Shown here one piece after another: positions 35,581 to 47,728 of a DNA stretch of 50,071 nucleotides (the stretch's first letter is position 1; the number at the start of each line of letters is the position of its first letter). The translations under genes and the position numbers were made by a program. The stretch is from Sphaerodactylus townsendi (taxonomy: Eukaryota), in contig NC_059430.1 in the NCBI RefSeq assembly GCF_021028975.2, positions 78,691,930 through 78,742,000 of the forward strand, in the 5' to 3' direction. The notes below the pieces were generated by a model. It was given only the letters and a program-made list of their open reading frames with translations. It searched no databases and was not told the origin of the DNA.

Positions 35581-38367
35581 ACTCATTACAAAATAGTTCT
35601 CTGATCAAGGCTGAAGTAGATTCCTGCATTTGTGGTGCAGGGATAGCCAATATTCATTCAGGAAAAATGTAACTATTAAGATACAAGGTTTACCTGATCC
35701 AGCAATGGCTACTAGCCTTGAGGATTTAAGGGTATCTCCATATGCATAAGCAGCAAACTTCTGAATATTAGTGCCAAAAGGCAGCATGAGGTCTTAGCAT
35801 CTATGCCATTTTTGTTGGTCATCCAGGAAAACTGACTGCTCTGTGAAACAGGGTCTGAACTAGATGGACAACTGGTCTGAACCAGCAGGGTTCTTCTTAT
35901 GCCACATGCATGGTAGAAAATCAAAGAAAGATACAAAGGGACTTTCTACAATATAGTAAACATAGATAGATGATAGATAATCGATCCAAATGATTATCCA
36001 TAATTTTTGACATGTTCTGAACAAGCTTTGAAGGTGAATAAACTCACAAAGTAGGATGACTGTTTCTTCTACACAACCAACTCCTGACTTAAGAGAACAA
36101 GATGGGAGTCTTCTTACCAAAAACACACTCATCCAATTATAGCATTTAGAAGAAAAACATGAGGCTGCTCAAACAGAATATGGACTCCTCAATAAGTTGC
36201 CAGTCAAAAATTATGTCAGATCTTCAAAGTAAAGCCAGACTTACACCATCACATTGATAATGTTCACTCTGAGTATGTTATCATAATTGGGGAGCATTGA
36301 GCCAAGATGAAAGAAGAGGTTGAGATTAGACCAAATGCTATGTTCATCTCAAGATTGTGTCAGCGTGGAAAGAGTAATTCATGCTTTTTCTAGAGTCTGA
36401 AATCCTCCTGAAACCTCTGAGCAGTCTTCCTATTGCTTGTTTGCTGTCAATAATTTCAAAGTGTGCAAGTAAAAGACTGACTAGCATTGAAGCTGAAGTA
36501 ATGAAGTAATCAGTCCATGTTAAAATGGATCATAAACCAGTCTTTACACAGATGCCTGCTTTAGCTACAGCCACCCTACCCAGAATGCACAGGGTTGCCT
36601 ATCTGCAAAGGTCACAATGGTAGTGTGGGGGGGGGGGGAGGATATGTAGCTCTTTAGTAAAGAGGAGAAGGGACTAAAGGAGGAGCCTCAAGTGTCACCA
36701 AGTACAGCAGCTTTGCTTCTCTCAGGAAATATTGGAATTTGGAAGCGAAAAGTCAAGGATTCTATCTGTCATGGTGAGCCTTTATAAGACAAGAAATTAA
36801 TATTGCTTGAGACCCCATGTAGGACACAAATTCTTGGAATGGTGACTAAAGTGACTCAGAGCAAATGAAAACACAGAAATCTTTGGTATGTTTTAACATG
36901 CTCCAAGAAATTTATTAATAGATCAAAAGTTCATGAAAGAAATCCACTGGCTTCCCATATTAATCTACAAAAATCAGTTACAGAAACATGAGCAGAGCTT
37001 TCTCTTCTGGAACAATTAGAAATGGTACATAGACAATCCAATTGGTGGTACAATGATTCCATAAGCAAAAGTTGGCTTGAAAGGGGTTGAGCAAGAGGAA
37101 CTGAATTCCTGGTAGATAGCCTGTGCTTCCTTAGCGAAGACTTCTTCATGCATTAAGAACTGTGGCAACAGATACTGTTTAGTGTTGTGAAGCATTATTT
37201 TGCTTCCAATTTGAAATTCTATTTTGATTAAGAGAAGATAAATGGAAAATAATGGATGCATTTCAGTGACATGTTTCTTCCCTAATCATTTTAACTGGTA
37301 CATTGTCATTTTCACCGGAACTATTATAATGATTGATTTGGATGGTTAATGAAATGCACTTGGATGGTAAGACATGTATTACCTCGTGGTATTTAACAAA
37401 AATAAAGATGAATTTAGACGATGCACAAGAATCCATGCCAGTCTTTCTCTCCTTTTGTCTCAGCAACTTAATACAACTTGAATTTGAAAACTTGTTTTGT
37501 GCCCAGCACCACCAAAACTCATTCAGTGTACATGTCCATATGAAGACAACCACCTGCAGACTTTGAACTTTACCTTGAAGTAATTTATCCTGCCTTCCTT
37601 TTTTGCACTGAATATCTGATGAAGAATTTTTAGAAACTTGAAAGCTCCCACACTATTTTGTGATGTTTTAGTTGGTCCTATTAAAAGGTATTATATAACT
37701 TCTCTTTTTGAATTTTATCTGATGACCAGTGCAGCTGCTTGCACCCCTTGTAATTAATTTATGTAATTAATTTCCCAACCTGGAGCTGGCGATCCTATCT
37801 GCAACATCTCTGTAATTAATTTATTATCTCTGTGATTAATTTACTATAATTAATTTCCCAACCTGGAGCTGGCAGCCCTATCTTTATCTTAAGATTCCAA
37901 AAACTGCAGACCACAGGAGGCCTTCCATCAGCATTTGCATTATCTTTTTCATCATATTTTTTAAAAAGTATGCTGGATATCACACTTGATGAAGCTTGTT
38001 TATTGTTCTGTGATATTTTTCCAATCCTAATACAAAATCCCATAAGAGTTCAGTTTTGGATTTTTGGGGAGTGGATCAAAACAAGTACAGTTTCTATCTT
38101 GGAAAGGAAAACATTCCTGAACAAAAGTAATCTTCTTAAATTGTATTGTTTTCATCAGGCAACGGATACATAGAGAAAGAGAAAGGGAAAGAGAGAGAGC
38201 AAGAACAAAATAAAGTTTTATTCCAAGAAAGTGCATTACTATAAGATTAATCTATTATATTTTATTTGAATGTCAAGACTCTGTTTGTATTCATGGAAGA
38301 AAATTAAAATAATTTCATGTTTCTTAATTTGCAGGAGTAAAGCAAGCAGTGAAATCATAATGACAGC

Positions 38368-38443
38368 ATGAACACTTTTCAAGCTGAAAGAAAACCACTC
38401 CTGGTACCTATAGATAAAGAAACAAAATATGAAGGAGAAAATC
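38368..38443 (+). CDS. TTLL8: TTLL8 probable first coding exon (exon begins 38335)
   Basis: ttgcag| acceptor, in-frame stops before the ATG, then MNTFQAERKPLLVPIDKETKYEGEN C|gttagt. Phase 1 joins 44802 correctly; weak similarity to human MEPERK...EEN. Confidence 0.6.
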
Positions 38444-39555
38444 GTTAGTATTTACAAATAATCTTTTAAAAATGATAACAACATATAGAAAAAAACTTTA
38501 TATTGGTACAGAATGTGGTTTGAAAATTCTTCTTTCCTCAGGAATCTTGGAGAACATAATGTTCCAGTACTGGAAATCACATGCTGAACAATAGGGGTTG
38601 AATCCTATGACTACCTTCCCCCATCTTCTCCCAACAGAAATAGACTTTCTTCAGCAAGCAAACATCGGAGGGAACCTTACTCCATCAGAATAAGCAGTTC
38701 TCTAATGGAGGAAGACTTTTCCTATTGAAGGAAGACTTAGCAGAAGAGAATCATAGCATCCAGTCCTAGGTTTAGCCTGATTATAGATCAGCATGATGTT
38801 CCATAACAGTGACTTTATGTTCTTATGCTTCATTAAGAACACTCAAAGGAAGCTAGACTACCATCTCATGATACATATACTTATAATAATGTTTGTCCAA
38901 ACTGTACATTTTTAAAGAGTATATCTAGAACGATTTTGTGTGAAAAGAACCATCACAAGATACCCCTTGAATCATCAGAGCACTAATGTCTAAATTCAAA
39001 TTTATGTTCTGTCAGGAACTGACATTATTATTGCTGTATTGATTTCTGTTTGCAACAAGTCTCTTTCACCAATGTGCTGGATGGTCTTGTTCTCACTGCT
39101 GTACGGTCACAAATGAATATGGTATTATATTTCATAAATAAAATATCATGCTGGATCTCAATTGTTTTTTTTATATATTCTATCTCAGTAGCTGTAGTTT
39201 CTTCTGTGCATTTTCTTTTTCTAATAGGACTGACAAAGGTGGAACTACCTCTTCAAAAATTTCTGAACATCACAGTGGACAAGTGCCTTCCTGTAGTTTC
39301 TTTCCATCAGGGAATGTTTCCTGGTATGTCTCCATAACCTTTTGCTTGGCATTCTTGACTATTTTGAATGTTATGCTATTGATGAACCCATTTGCAATGT
39401 ACTGAAAGCAAATGAGGAGCAAATAAATGAGAAAAAATGGTTTCAAAATAGCATTCAATAAAAGTTTGAGGTTAACTAATGTGCACAATAGGACCCACTC
39501 AGAACAAAAGGGATTCCATATAGACTATTCCACAAGTAATTTAATGGGATAGGAC

Positions 39556-39747
39556 CAGTGGTGGGATACAAAAATTTTAATAACAGGTTCTGATGGTGGT
39601 GGGATTCAAACAGTGGCGCAGCCGCACACTCACACCTCCAGTCCCTATTGGGCAGGGAGGTTGCTTTAGTAACCCCTTCTCGGCACTCAGAAAAAATTAG
39701 TAACCACTTCTAGAGAAGTGGTGAGAACTGGTTAGATCTTACCTCTG
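39556..39747. mobile_element. hAT MITE
   Basis: Ends CAGTGGTGGGAT / ATCTTACCTCTG with a perfect 8-bp TSD gataggac. Confidence 0.88.
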
Positions 39748-41155
39748 GATAGGACACTCGGAAATTGGATTCAAGCCTTTCTGAAATCATTGAGAATTGA
39801 CCCTTTGGTTATGCAGGGTGTTTGAAACTTTAACAATGCTATTCAAATGGTAGGGGATGGAGAGGTGCTGAAGCTGTGCTGGAAGTGATGAAAGGGTTGC
39901 TCCAGCATTTATGCAAACTGGCATGCCTGCTAGCATCAAGGGACTTACGTCAGACAGCAGACAGCCGCTGCAGCGCCCAAACCCAGAGAAAGCCCCTTGC
40001 TTAGGAAACAACCAAACCTAACAGATACCTAACACTGGGCACAATCCAGTCGACATTAAGCCCTTTTGAACCGCATAAATAATATGTCCACATGGACAGG
40101 ACAAGGGATGCCAGTCTCCAGGGCAGACCTGAAGATCCCTTGGAACAGTTCTACTCCTATTCACAGAGATCAGTTCCCCTGGAGAAAACAGATACTTTAG
40201 AGGGTGGACTCTGTCATTGTGCCCCACTGAGGCCCCTGTACTTCCCAGGCTCCATCCCCAACTCTCCAGAGGTTTTCCATCCTGGATCTGGCAACCCTAC
40301 TCCCCATCCCCTGCCAATGGCCGGGGGGACCTAATAACCCCAGCAGGACATCATCTTACTCACATATGTGTGCGCCTTGTGGGAATCACATCAAACTGAA
40401 ATGTTTCAGGGCATGCATACGAAGGACACCCCCCGTTGTCTGTATGTGTGAATGGAATGGAAGACCAGCAATCTATATGGCTGATCATCTCCAGGCACCA
40501 TATCCACAGCACATTTTCATCTTGCCCTTACTCCAAGAAGCTCAAAGCACTTGCCCTTACTCCAAGAAGCTCAAATCATTGTTGTTGACTCTTCCATTTT
40601 ATCTTCAAACCAATCCTATGAGGTAGGTTAGGCTGACAGGATTAGGCTGACAGGGTGACTGGTACAGAGTGTCATCAAGAGAATTTTTCAAATAAATTAC
40701 TGTCTTATGCACCATGATGTCACTTCCAGGGAACACCTGAAAATGGCATTAGGTAGCTCTAAGAATCACAGGAAACATCATTGTAAAACCATAACGTTTC
40801 CAGCAATTCCTAGAGCTAATCATGTCATTTCCAGGAAACCTGTATACCTCTTCCCCCCTCCCTCCCCTGCAAGCTTCTGCCACTTTCCAAGCATGGCTTG
40901 TTAATCCTAGTTGTGGTGTTTGAACTTGGACCTCTCAAATCTTAGTCCAACACTTAAATAATGTATGCTGTCTGAAGCTATATAATCAATCAGGTGCTAA
41001 TCAAGGGGTAGGGCAAGTGTTTACACCATCCCACTTTGAGTAATGATTGATCCACTTAAGAATTCTAATAATAGACTTTTAAATTCTGAGATATAACAGC
41101 ATTCATTGGAAGAATGTCTTGTTTTAGAATACTTTTGCTTAAGAAAACTAACTTA

Positions 41156-41284
41156 GGCTGATTCCGCATGGGCCAAAATCAGCAGTGTGAAAATGGTGTA
41201 AACCTTTTTACACCATTTTAAATCCTTTTACACTGTTTTCACACTGTTTTCACACTGCTGTTTTTGGCCCATGCGGAATCTGCC
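41156..41284. mobile_element. PIF/Harbinger-like MITE
   Basis: TIRs GGCTGATTCCGCATGGGCCAAAA / TTTTGGCCCATGCGGAATCTGCC, TSD TTA. Confidence 0.88.
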
Positions 41285-41293
41285 TTAGATATT

Positions 41294-41434
41294 GGCTCAT
41301 TCCGCACATGCAGAATAATGCACTTTCAAACTGCTTTCAGTGCTCTTTGAAGCTGTGCGGAATGGCAAAATCCACTTGCAAACAGTTGTGAAAGTGGTTT
41401 GAAAACGCATTATTTTGCGTCTGCGGAAGGGGCC
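41294..41434. mobile_element. PIF/Harbinger-like MITE
   Basis: GGCTCATTCCGCA...TGCGGAAGGGGCC, 3-bp TSD ATT. Confidence 0.85.
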
Positions 41435-42297
41435 ATTGAGCTATCTCCAAGCTGCACCACTGCTCTGCCCACCCAGGATCCCTCCGTGTTCAGCATGGAT
41501 TCTTCGAGATCACCATCATCTTTATCATGAAGTGCTTCTGGGATGAGGGGAACTTTCTTTAGACACTGCAATAGTTCCAGTGATCTGTTAGTGGAGAGTG
41601 TTGATGGTTGTGTTTCCCACTTTCCTCTCCCCCACTTCTGTAGTCTTTAATGACCCCTAGAAAGTTAAGGTTGTGGAATCTGCATGAAAAATTAGCCATG
41701 CTGGTTAGTGGGCTGAAGTGACGAAGGAGAAAGAGTCACTGTCCTTCCTGCTACTTCCATCCATTGAGTCACAGGTCTGTAAGAGGGAAGCCCCCCCCTT
41801 CCTTCTCCTTATTGCATCTCCTTGAAATGCCTGCCTGTTAGTTTACTCTTGTCCTACAATTCTGGGAATCAATTCTCCCAGTGTTAGAGTAGAATGTAAA
41901 ATCTTGTACATTACTTATGTGAGCATAATCCAATCTACTGTTACTGAGTAAGAGGGTGTTTAAAGAGTTGTAATTTGAGGAATGTATATTTGGTTGAGGG
42001 AGATGAACTTAAAAACTTATTAATGTTCTATTCAGCTTATAAATTTCTGATGCTAACAGCATGTAGATAATTAAATGCCTCTTAGATCCCAACCTTTTCT
42101 GGAAATGAGGCATTCCCACCTAGCAAGAAAGGCTTGCCTATGGCCCTGTAATCAAAGGGGCGCAACCAATGGCTAGTTAAGGCAAAAACAATGGCTAAAG
42201 TCCCTTTTCTGGTAACAAATACATGAATCTAACAGTGCTATCATAGCTTTCCTCCAGTTTTCCTAATGTCTTCTCCGCCTTATTTACTTCTCACTAG

Positions 42298-42836
42298 TGG
42301 ATTCCGCACAGCAAATATATAACAGGTTGCAGTTGTTATAAAGGAACCCATTTTCCTTTTTCCCATTTACATGCATGCTGTGCAGGCAGTGATTGGAGCC
42401 CATGGAAACAATCCAGATTGTTTTCGTGCCTTTGTACAGATAAGCTTCTTTCCCTTTTTAATTTCCTGTAACACATGCGTAACTTTGCAGGCATACAGAA
42501 ATGAGCCCCTGCAGCCATGCCGATTGTCCCACAATACAATAGGCTGCACCTGCGTAGCTGCGCATGTGCAACATGCACAATAAAAGAAAAAGGGATCTAC
42601 CTGCAATGGCAGGGCAATAATGAACATATTGCTGCAACTGGCGGATTCTTTTTGATTGTGGATGGCGTAGTGGAAGGGAGGGAAATAAAGCGCCTCCTGC
42701 CTGGCTGTTTGTACAGGAGTGGCTCCAATTTGGGATTTTGCAAAAGAACTGCTGGTTTAGTGATTTTTGAAAATCCTGGGCTGGGGGAAATGAAATGGGG
42801 CAAACTCATTTTTGGATGGGACCTGTGCAAAATCCC
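42298..42836. mobile_element. Possible older Harbinger-like element
   Basis: Degenerate ends GGATTCCGCACAG / CTGTGCAAAATCC resemble the MITE TIR core; TSD unclear. Confidence 0.4.
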
Positions 42837-43578
42837 CCCCCCCCCCAACAATTTGTATTGCGCTCTACACCCATTATATTTGCCCTGTGAGGTCATCCAC
42901 CACTGTGAAACTAAACCACTGGCTCACAAGCATGACTGTAAGTAAAAAGAAGTTTAGAAACTTACCGCATTTGCGAGGAAAAAATTCAATGTGGGTCTGG
43001 ACCAAGACTTTTATAGTAAACCCACAGTGACTTAAGATCCTCAAGAAGGAGGTTTGACTGCACCTGTAATTAAGGAAAGCTGATCTGGGATAGCAATCCC
43101 ACAATAACCTTTTTTCTGAAATAACCTCAGGAATAGAATCTTTCAGCTTCTTCAGCTGCAACTAGCATGGAATGTTTCTCATTGTAAATGTGTTTGTTTC
43201 CAAATCTCTCCCTTGGCAACATTCCAAATGAGGAAATGCTCCAATAAAGATTCAGTCTGTTGAGGGCAGTGATGTAGAAACCAGGGAATAAGGCTGGGCA
43301 CAGGATTTTACCTGTTCTTCAATATCTTTGGAAAAAATGTACATTGACTTGGATCATGCAGTCTTGAAGAAGAAGACACTAACAACTGTGGATACTTCTC
43401 TCATCCTTTTTCATCCTGCATTCTCTTTCAATCCAGGAAAAGTTAATTCCTGGGGCTGTAGGAGATAGCCATGGGTTAGGGTTACCAAGTCCAGGTTGGG
43501 AAGTTCCTGGAGATAGGGGGAACAGTACTTTAGGAACAGTACAGTTTTGGTAGTGGTCAGAGTTCAGATGGTATAATG

Positions 43579-43763
43579 CAGTGGTTCTCAACCTTCTTAA
43601 TGCTGCGACCCTTTAATACAGTTCCTCATGTTGTAGTGACCCCCAACCCTAACATTTATCCATTTACAGATGGAGAACACTGATGCAGAGAGTCCTAGGC
43701 GACCCCTGTGAAAGGGCCGTTCGACCCCCAAAGGGGTCGCGACCCACAGGTTGAGAACCGCTG
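43579..43763 (-). mobile_element. SPIN (Space Invader, URR1-like) hAT MITE
   Basis: TIRs CAGTGGTTCTCAACCT / AGGTTGAGAACCGCTG, 8-bp TSD gtataatg. Subterminal sequence is nearly identical to URR1/SPIN as I recall it. Nested inside an older repeat (~43477-43880; related copy at ~40105-40320). Confidence 0.92.
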
Positions 43764-44801
43764 GTATAATGCCATATAGTCCACACTCCAAAGTCAGTAT
43801 TTTCCCTAGGGATACTGACCTTTATCATCTGGAGATGAATTGTAATTCCATGCCTTATCTGGATATTGGTTAGGGGTTGCATCGAGGAGGTCAAGCTGAC
43901 ACTAGCAGAAGATGGAAAGAGGGTGATTTCACCCCTCCCTCCCATTCTGCATGTCTCTCTGGGTCCCAGGACTTTGGGGATCAATTTTTTCAAGATCAGA
44001 AAGGACCGCTGCAGGGAGGGAAATGCAGAAACAATATCCAATCCTTGAATACAAGGATTGTGGGATCCAGCCAACTTATATGTATTTTGACTTTCTATTA
44101 TTTTATTCATTTACATTTCTATTCTTTTCAATGGGAAAAGAATTTATACCTGTAACTTTTAATTTTTTTAAACCAAACTGGGAGCCCCATTTGGGGGGCA
44201 AAATAGCTTGTGGAGAGGTGAAACTGACAACCTGCAGCCGCTGCCAGCCTCCCCTGGTGTGGTGCAGGACACTGTGCCAGCATCCCAGCATCCCTACCGC
44301 CATTTTTGGTGCAGTGGGGTGGCCCGGGGGTGTGGCTGGGGTCCTTTTGGCCAATTGTTGAGTTATGCCAGCAGCGCAAAATTTGAAGGGTTTCAGAAGT
44401 CTATTCAGCCCCATAGAGGTTTCTCAGTGGTGGGGAGGTTGTTTTGTTTTGCAAACCTTCCCTGCCACTGGAAAGCCTTTCTGGGAGTGGTCAAATGGCA
44501 TGGTTGCTGCACCACAGCTGCCCACCTCACCACTTGGGTGGGGCTGTGGGATTCTTAAAGAGCTGTAATTCTCATAATGAGATGTTCCACGCAAATTGCC
44601 AGCAGATAGGAGAAAGCATACCTATTTTAAACCTGAAATGAAAAATGCCTCTACTTGATACTACAATCTGGCACCAAATTTTGGTGTTTATATAGTTTGT
44701 AAATGTTTAGGAATGAGAACCAATTTAAGCCAATTTTAGATTCCTCTTTTTGAATTTAACCCTTTGCAAAAGGTAATCTGCATTGTTCTTTATATTTTTA
44801 G

Positions 44802-44893
44802 GTCTAACTCCGAAAGTTGTGGATGAATTGCCACCACCACCCAAAATAGACAAATACAAGCTGGCAAGATTTTTAACGGAAAAGGCCGTCAGG
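44802..44893 (+). CDS. TTLL8: TTLL8 (tubulin monoglycylase) coding exon
   Basis: ttttag|..LTPKVVDELPPPPKIDKYKLARFLTEKAVR|gtatat resembles human TTLL8 RLDRYKIARQLTEKAIK. Position and strand downstream of MLC1 fit the known synteny. Not in the ORF track. Confidence 0.85.
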
Positions 44894-46463
44894 GTATATG
44901 GGATTATGTATTTTTGTTAACACTGCTTTTTTAATTTACTGCATTTCTGCCTCACCTATTGGATTCATGTAATGATTTTATAGCAACAAAGGATAATGAT
45001 CGTGGGTAAGAGAACTGTCTCTCATGAAGTGACCAGGTAGCAATTGTGCTTCATGGTCTTCTAGCAGTCTCTCTGCTCTCAGGTTTACAATGTGTTATGG
45101 ACTGGGCCCTCTATTGGTGCCCCAATGTTGTATAAACCTCTGAGAAAGGATTAGAGAGGCACTTATCTCTAGGGCCTTCTGATGGATCTGTAAAACAGAG
45201 CTGTTAAAGAGAGCTTATGTGGTAGCTTGAACATTATTGATTTGATTTTTCTGCTTAATAGTGTTTTTGTAGTAATTTTAAATACATTACTTTTGTATAT
45301 ACTGTTTGCTGTAATTAACCACTAGTCTTCAGTCTGTGTTGAGATAAAGCTGAGATATATAAATACCCCAAATAAATAAATAAATAGGTAGTGTATTATT
45401 GATCTTGAAATATGAAAACAGAATGAATACATGATTCCACAAAACTCAATTGTAACAAGATCAAGGAAATAAAACATTATTCCCTTTGTCAAATTAAGCA
45501 CTACTCTTGGCTTATTTTTTTTCTAAATCCTGATCATAATAAGCATTTGCTAGTTTCTTTCAAAATCATTTAACTTTTCTACCATCCTTTCTAATTTTGA
45601 CTGTATATATTAATTATTTTGATCTTCTGGGGCCTGTCATTCAACTAATGCACACACTAATTTTTAAATTATCCACCATCTTTCCACCAATGAGGATCTC
45701 AGTCAATAACTAGACATAATTTTAATCAATTCTCTTCAAATGTTTTTCATGAAATAGCTAAAACACCCATCTCTGGTTTGAACATTCATGGAAGGGCAGA
45801 GCAGGGGTGTATCTGCCTGGGGACATGGGGTCAGTACACTCAGGCTGGGATAAAGCAAGCTTTGTAGATTATCTCAAAAACCTGTAAATCCTATTACCCA
45901 AAAATTAGAATGAAAGGAAAGGAATACATGTGCATACTATGGAAAAGGATGCCTCTGTCAAATGACTGATACATTTCTCAAAACTATACAAATCTATGCC
46001 AGCTCACTGATATTATAAAATGAATGTTGTCTAGATCCAGATCCACCTCTTGGGAGGTTCTGTTGTTTTGCAGCCCCGTATGAGAGTTCAGAGGAATGTC
46101 ATGGACCCCATAACGGATCCAAAAAGATACAGAAGAACTCTATGCATTGTTGTGCCCCTGATGACATTGCTGGGGACTAGGGGTGACTGGCCATGTGTGG
46201 AAACTGGTGGGAGTCTGGTGGGCAGGGACATGGGGAATACGCTATCAGTGATGGAGTGATTCATTTCTGGGGAAAACCCAGAAGTTTTCTTCAGGAACTG
46301 CCAGAAACTCTTGCTCACTGTGATTAATTTTTTCTGTCCCACTGGCTCCTGGAGTACTTGCAACCAGTGGCTGCTGGGATTGGGAGATCACCTCTCCCAG
46401 TGGGCGTATGGCAATCCCATTGGGAAAACACACCAAGGTCCACAGGTCTTGGGGACTGGTATG

Positions 46464-46949
46464 GGCCGCTTCCGCACAGAGGCGGAAGCGGCTGGGTCGG
46501 CGTAGTCCCAGAAAGAACCGGTGGACTCACCTGGTCGCCCGGTGAACTTACCTGGTTGCCCGGTGGACTTACCTGGTCTCCGGCCCTCCGGCGCGTCGCT
46601 GGGGCCTGGGGACACGCTTCTCCTGCCCTGCGCGCCTGCTTCAGCGTCGCAGAGCAGGGGGGCGTGTCCCCAGGCCCCGGCGACGCGCCGGAGGGCCGGA
46701 GACCAGGTAAGTGACGGGAGGGAGTGTGGGGGGGGGGAAGCGCCTGGAAGCCGCTGCCGTTCTCATGGCAGCGGCTCCCAGCCGGCGTTTCCAGGAAAGT
46801 GCGCTTCCAAGCGCACTCTGGAAATGCCAGCTTGGCGCCGGTCGGGCGGCGCGGCTGCGCAGCAGCTGCACCCCCTGTGCGAATGGCTCCCTGGGGACGG
46901 CGTTTTTGCCGTCCCCAGGACGCCATACAACGCCCGTGCGGAAAGGGTC
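46464..46949. mobile_element. GC-rich PIF/Harbinger-like MITE with internal hairpin
   Basis: Ends GGCCGCTTCCGCAC / GTGCGGAAAGGGTC, 3-bp TSD ATG. CpGs retained, so probably young. Confidence 0.85.
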
Positions 46950-47417
46950 ATGTATTTATTAGCCTTACTGGGTCCTTCCTAACATTCCTTCTCCTTGGAT
47001 GATTTTGTGGAGAGTGTGAGAAGAATGCCAGAAATATGGACAGCTTCCAGGACTTGATTATTAGAGCCCTACTTACAACCTGTGTCTCTACTGACCTGGA
47101 TGGGATCTTTTAGGCCACCCTTCACTACATCTATTACTGTGGTAGGCTTGCCAGTGCCCTAATATTCTGTGGCCCACTGCTGCTAGAAGTGATGGCAGGA
47201 GAAAAATTTAAAAATGGCAATGTTGCATGAGCCATTACATCACTTCCAGGGAAAACATGGACATGAGCTACCCTCGGGGGAGGGCAGTTTATAAATATAA
47301 TAAATATAATAAATCATCATCATCATCATCATCAAATCCAGGTTTCCTCAGGAAGTCCTATAATGGCAGATGCCTAGCAACCCAAGTGGCAAGGGTAAAA
47401 AAGAATCATGTGTTACC

Positions 47418-47728
47418 AGGAGCAGCAGTGGTGTAGGAGGTTAAAAGCTTGTGTATCTAATCTGGAGGAACCGGGTTTGATTCTCAGCTCTGCCGCCTGA
47501 GCTGTGGAGGCTTATCTGGGGAATTCAGATTAGCCTGTACACTCCCACACACGCCAGCTGGGTGACCTTGGGCTAGTCAGCTTCTCAGAGCTCTCTCAGC
47601 CCCACCTACCTCACAGGGTGTTTGTTGTGAGAGGGGAAGGGCAAGGAGATTGTAAGCCCCTTTGAGTCTCCTGCAGGAGAGAAAGGGGGGATATAAATCC
47701 AAACTCTTCTTCTTCTTCTTCTTCTTCT
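47418..47728 (+). mobile_element. Full-length tRNA-derived SINE with (CTT)n tail
   Basis: A box-like TGGTGTAGGAGG, B box GGTTTGATTC, body shared with the 23920 and 34557 copies, trinucleotide tail. Confidence 0.85.

Noticed and set aside
40521-40655. Short direct repeats (CTTGCCCTTACTCCAAGAAGCTCAAA x2, TTAGGCTGACAGG x2)
   Set aside because: Local slippage duplications within a decayed SINE; no higher-order structure.
46518-46580. CRISPR-like array or U1 snRNA gene
   Set aside because: The units are head-to-tail with no spacers, the context is eukaryotic, and the U1 match is limited to about 10 nt.
46324-47002. 200-aa and 153-aa ORFs
   Set aside because: Products of the GC-rich palindromic MITE; the same peptide appears on both strands because of the hairpin.
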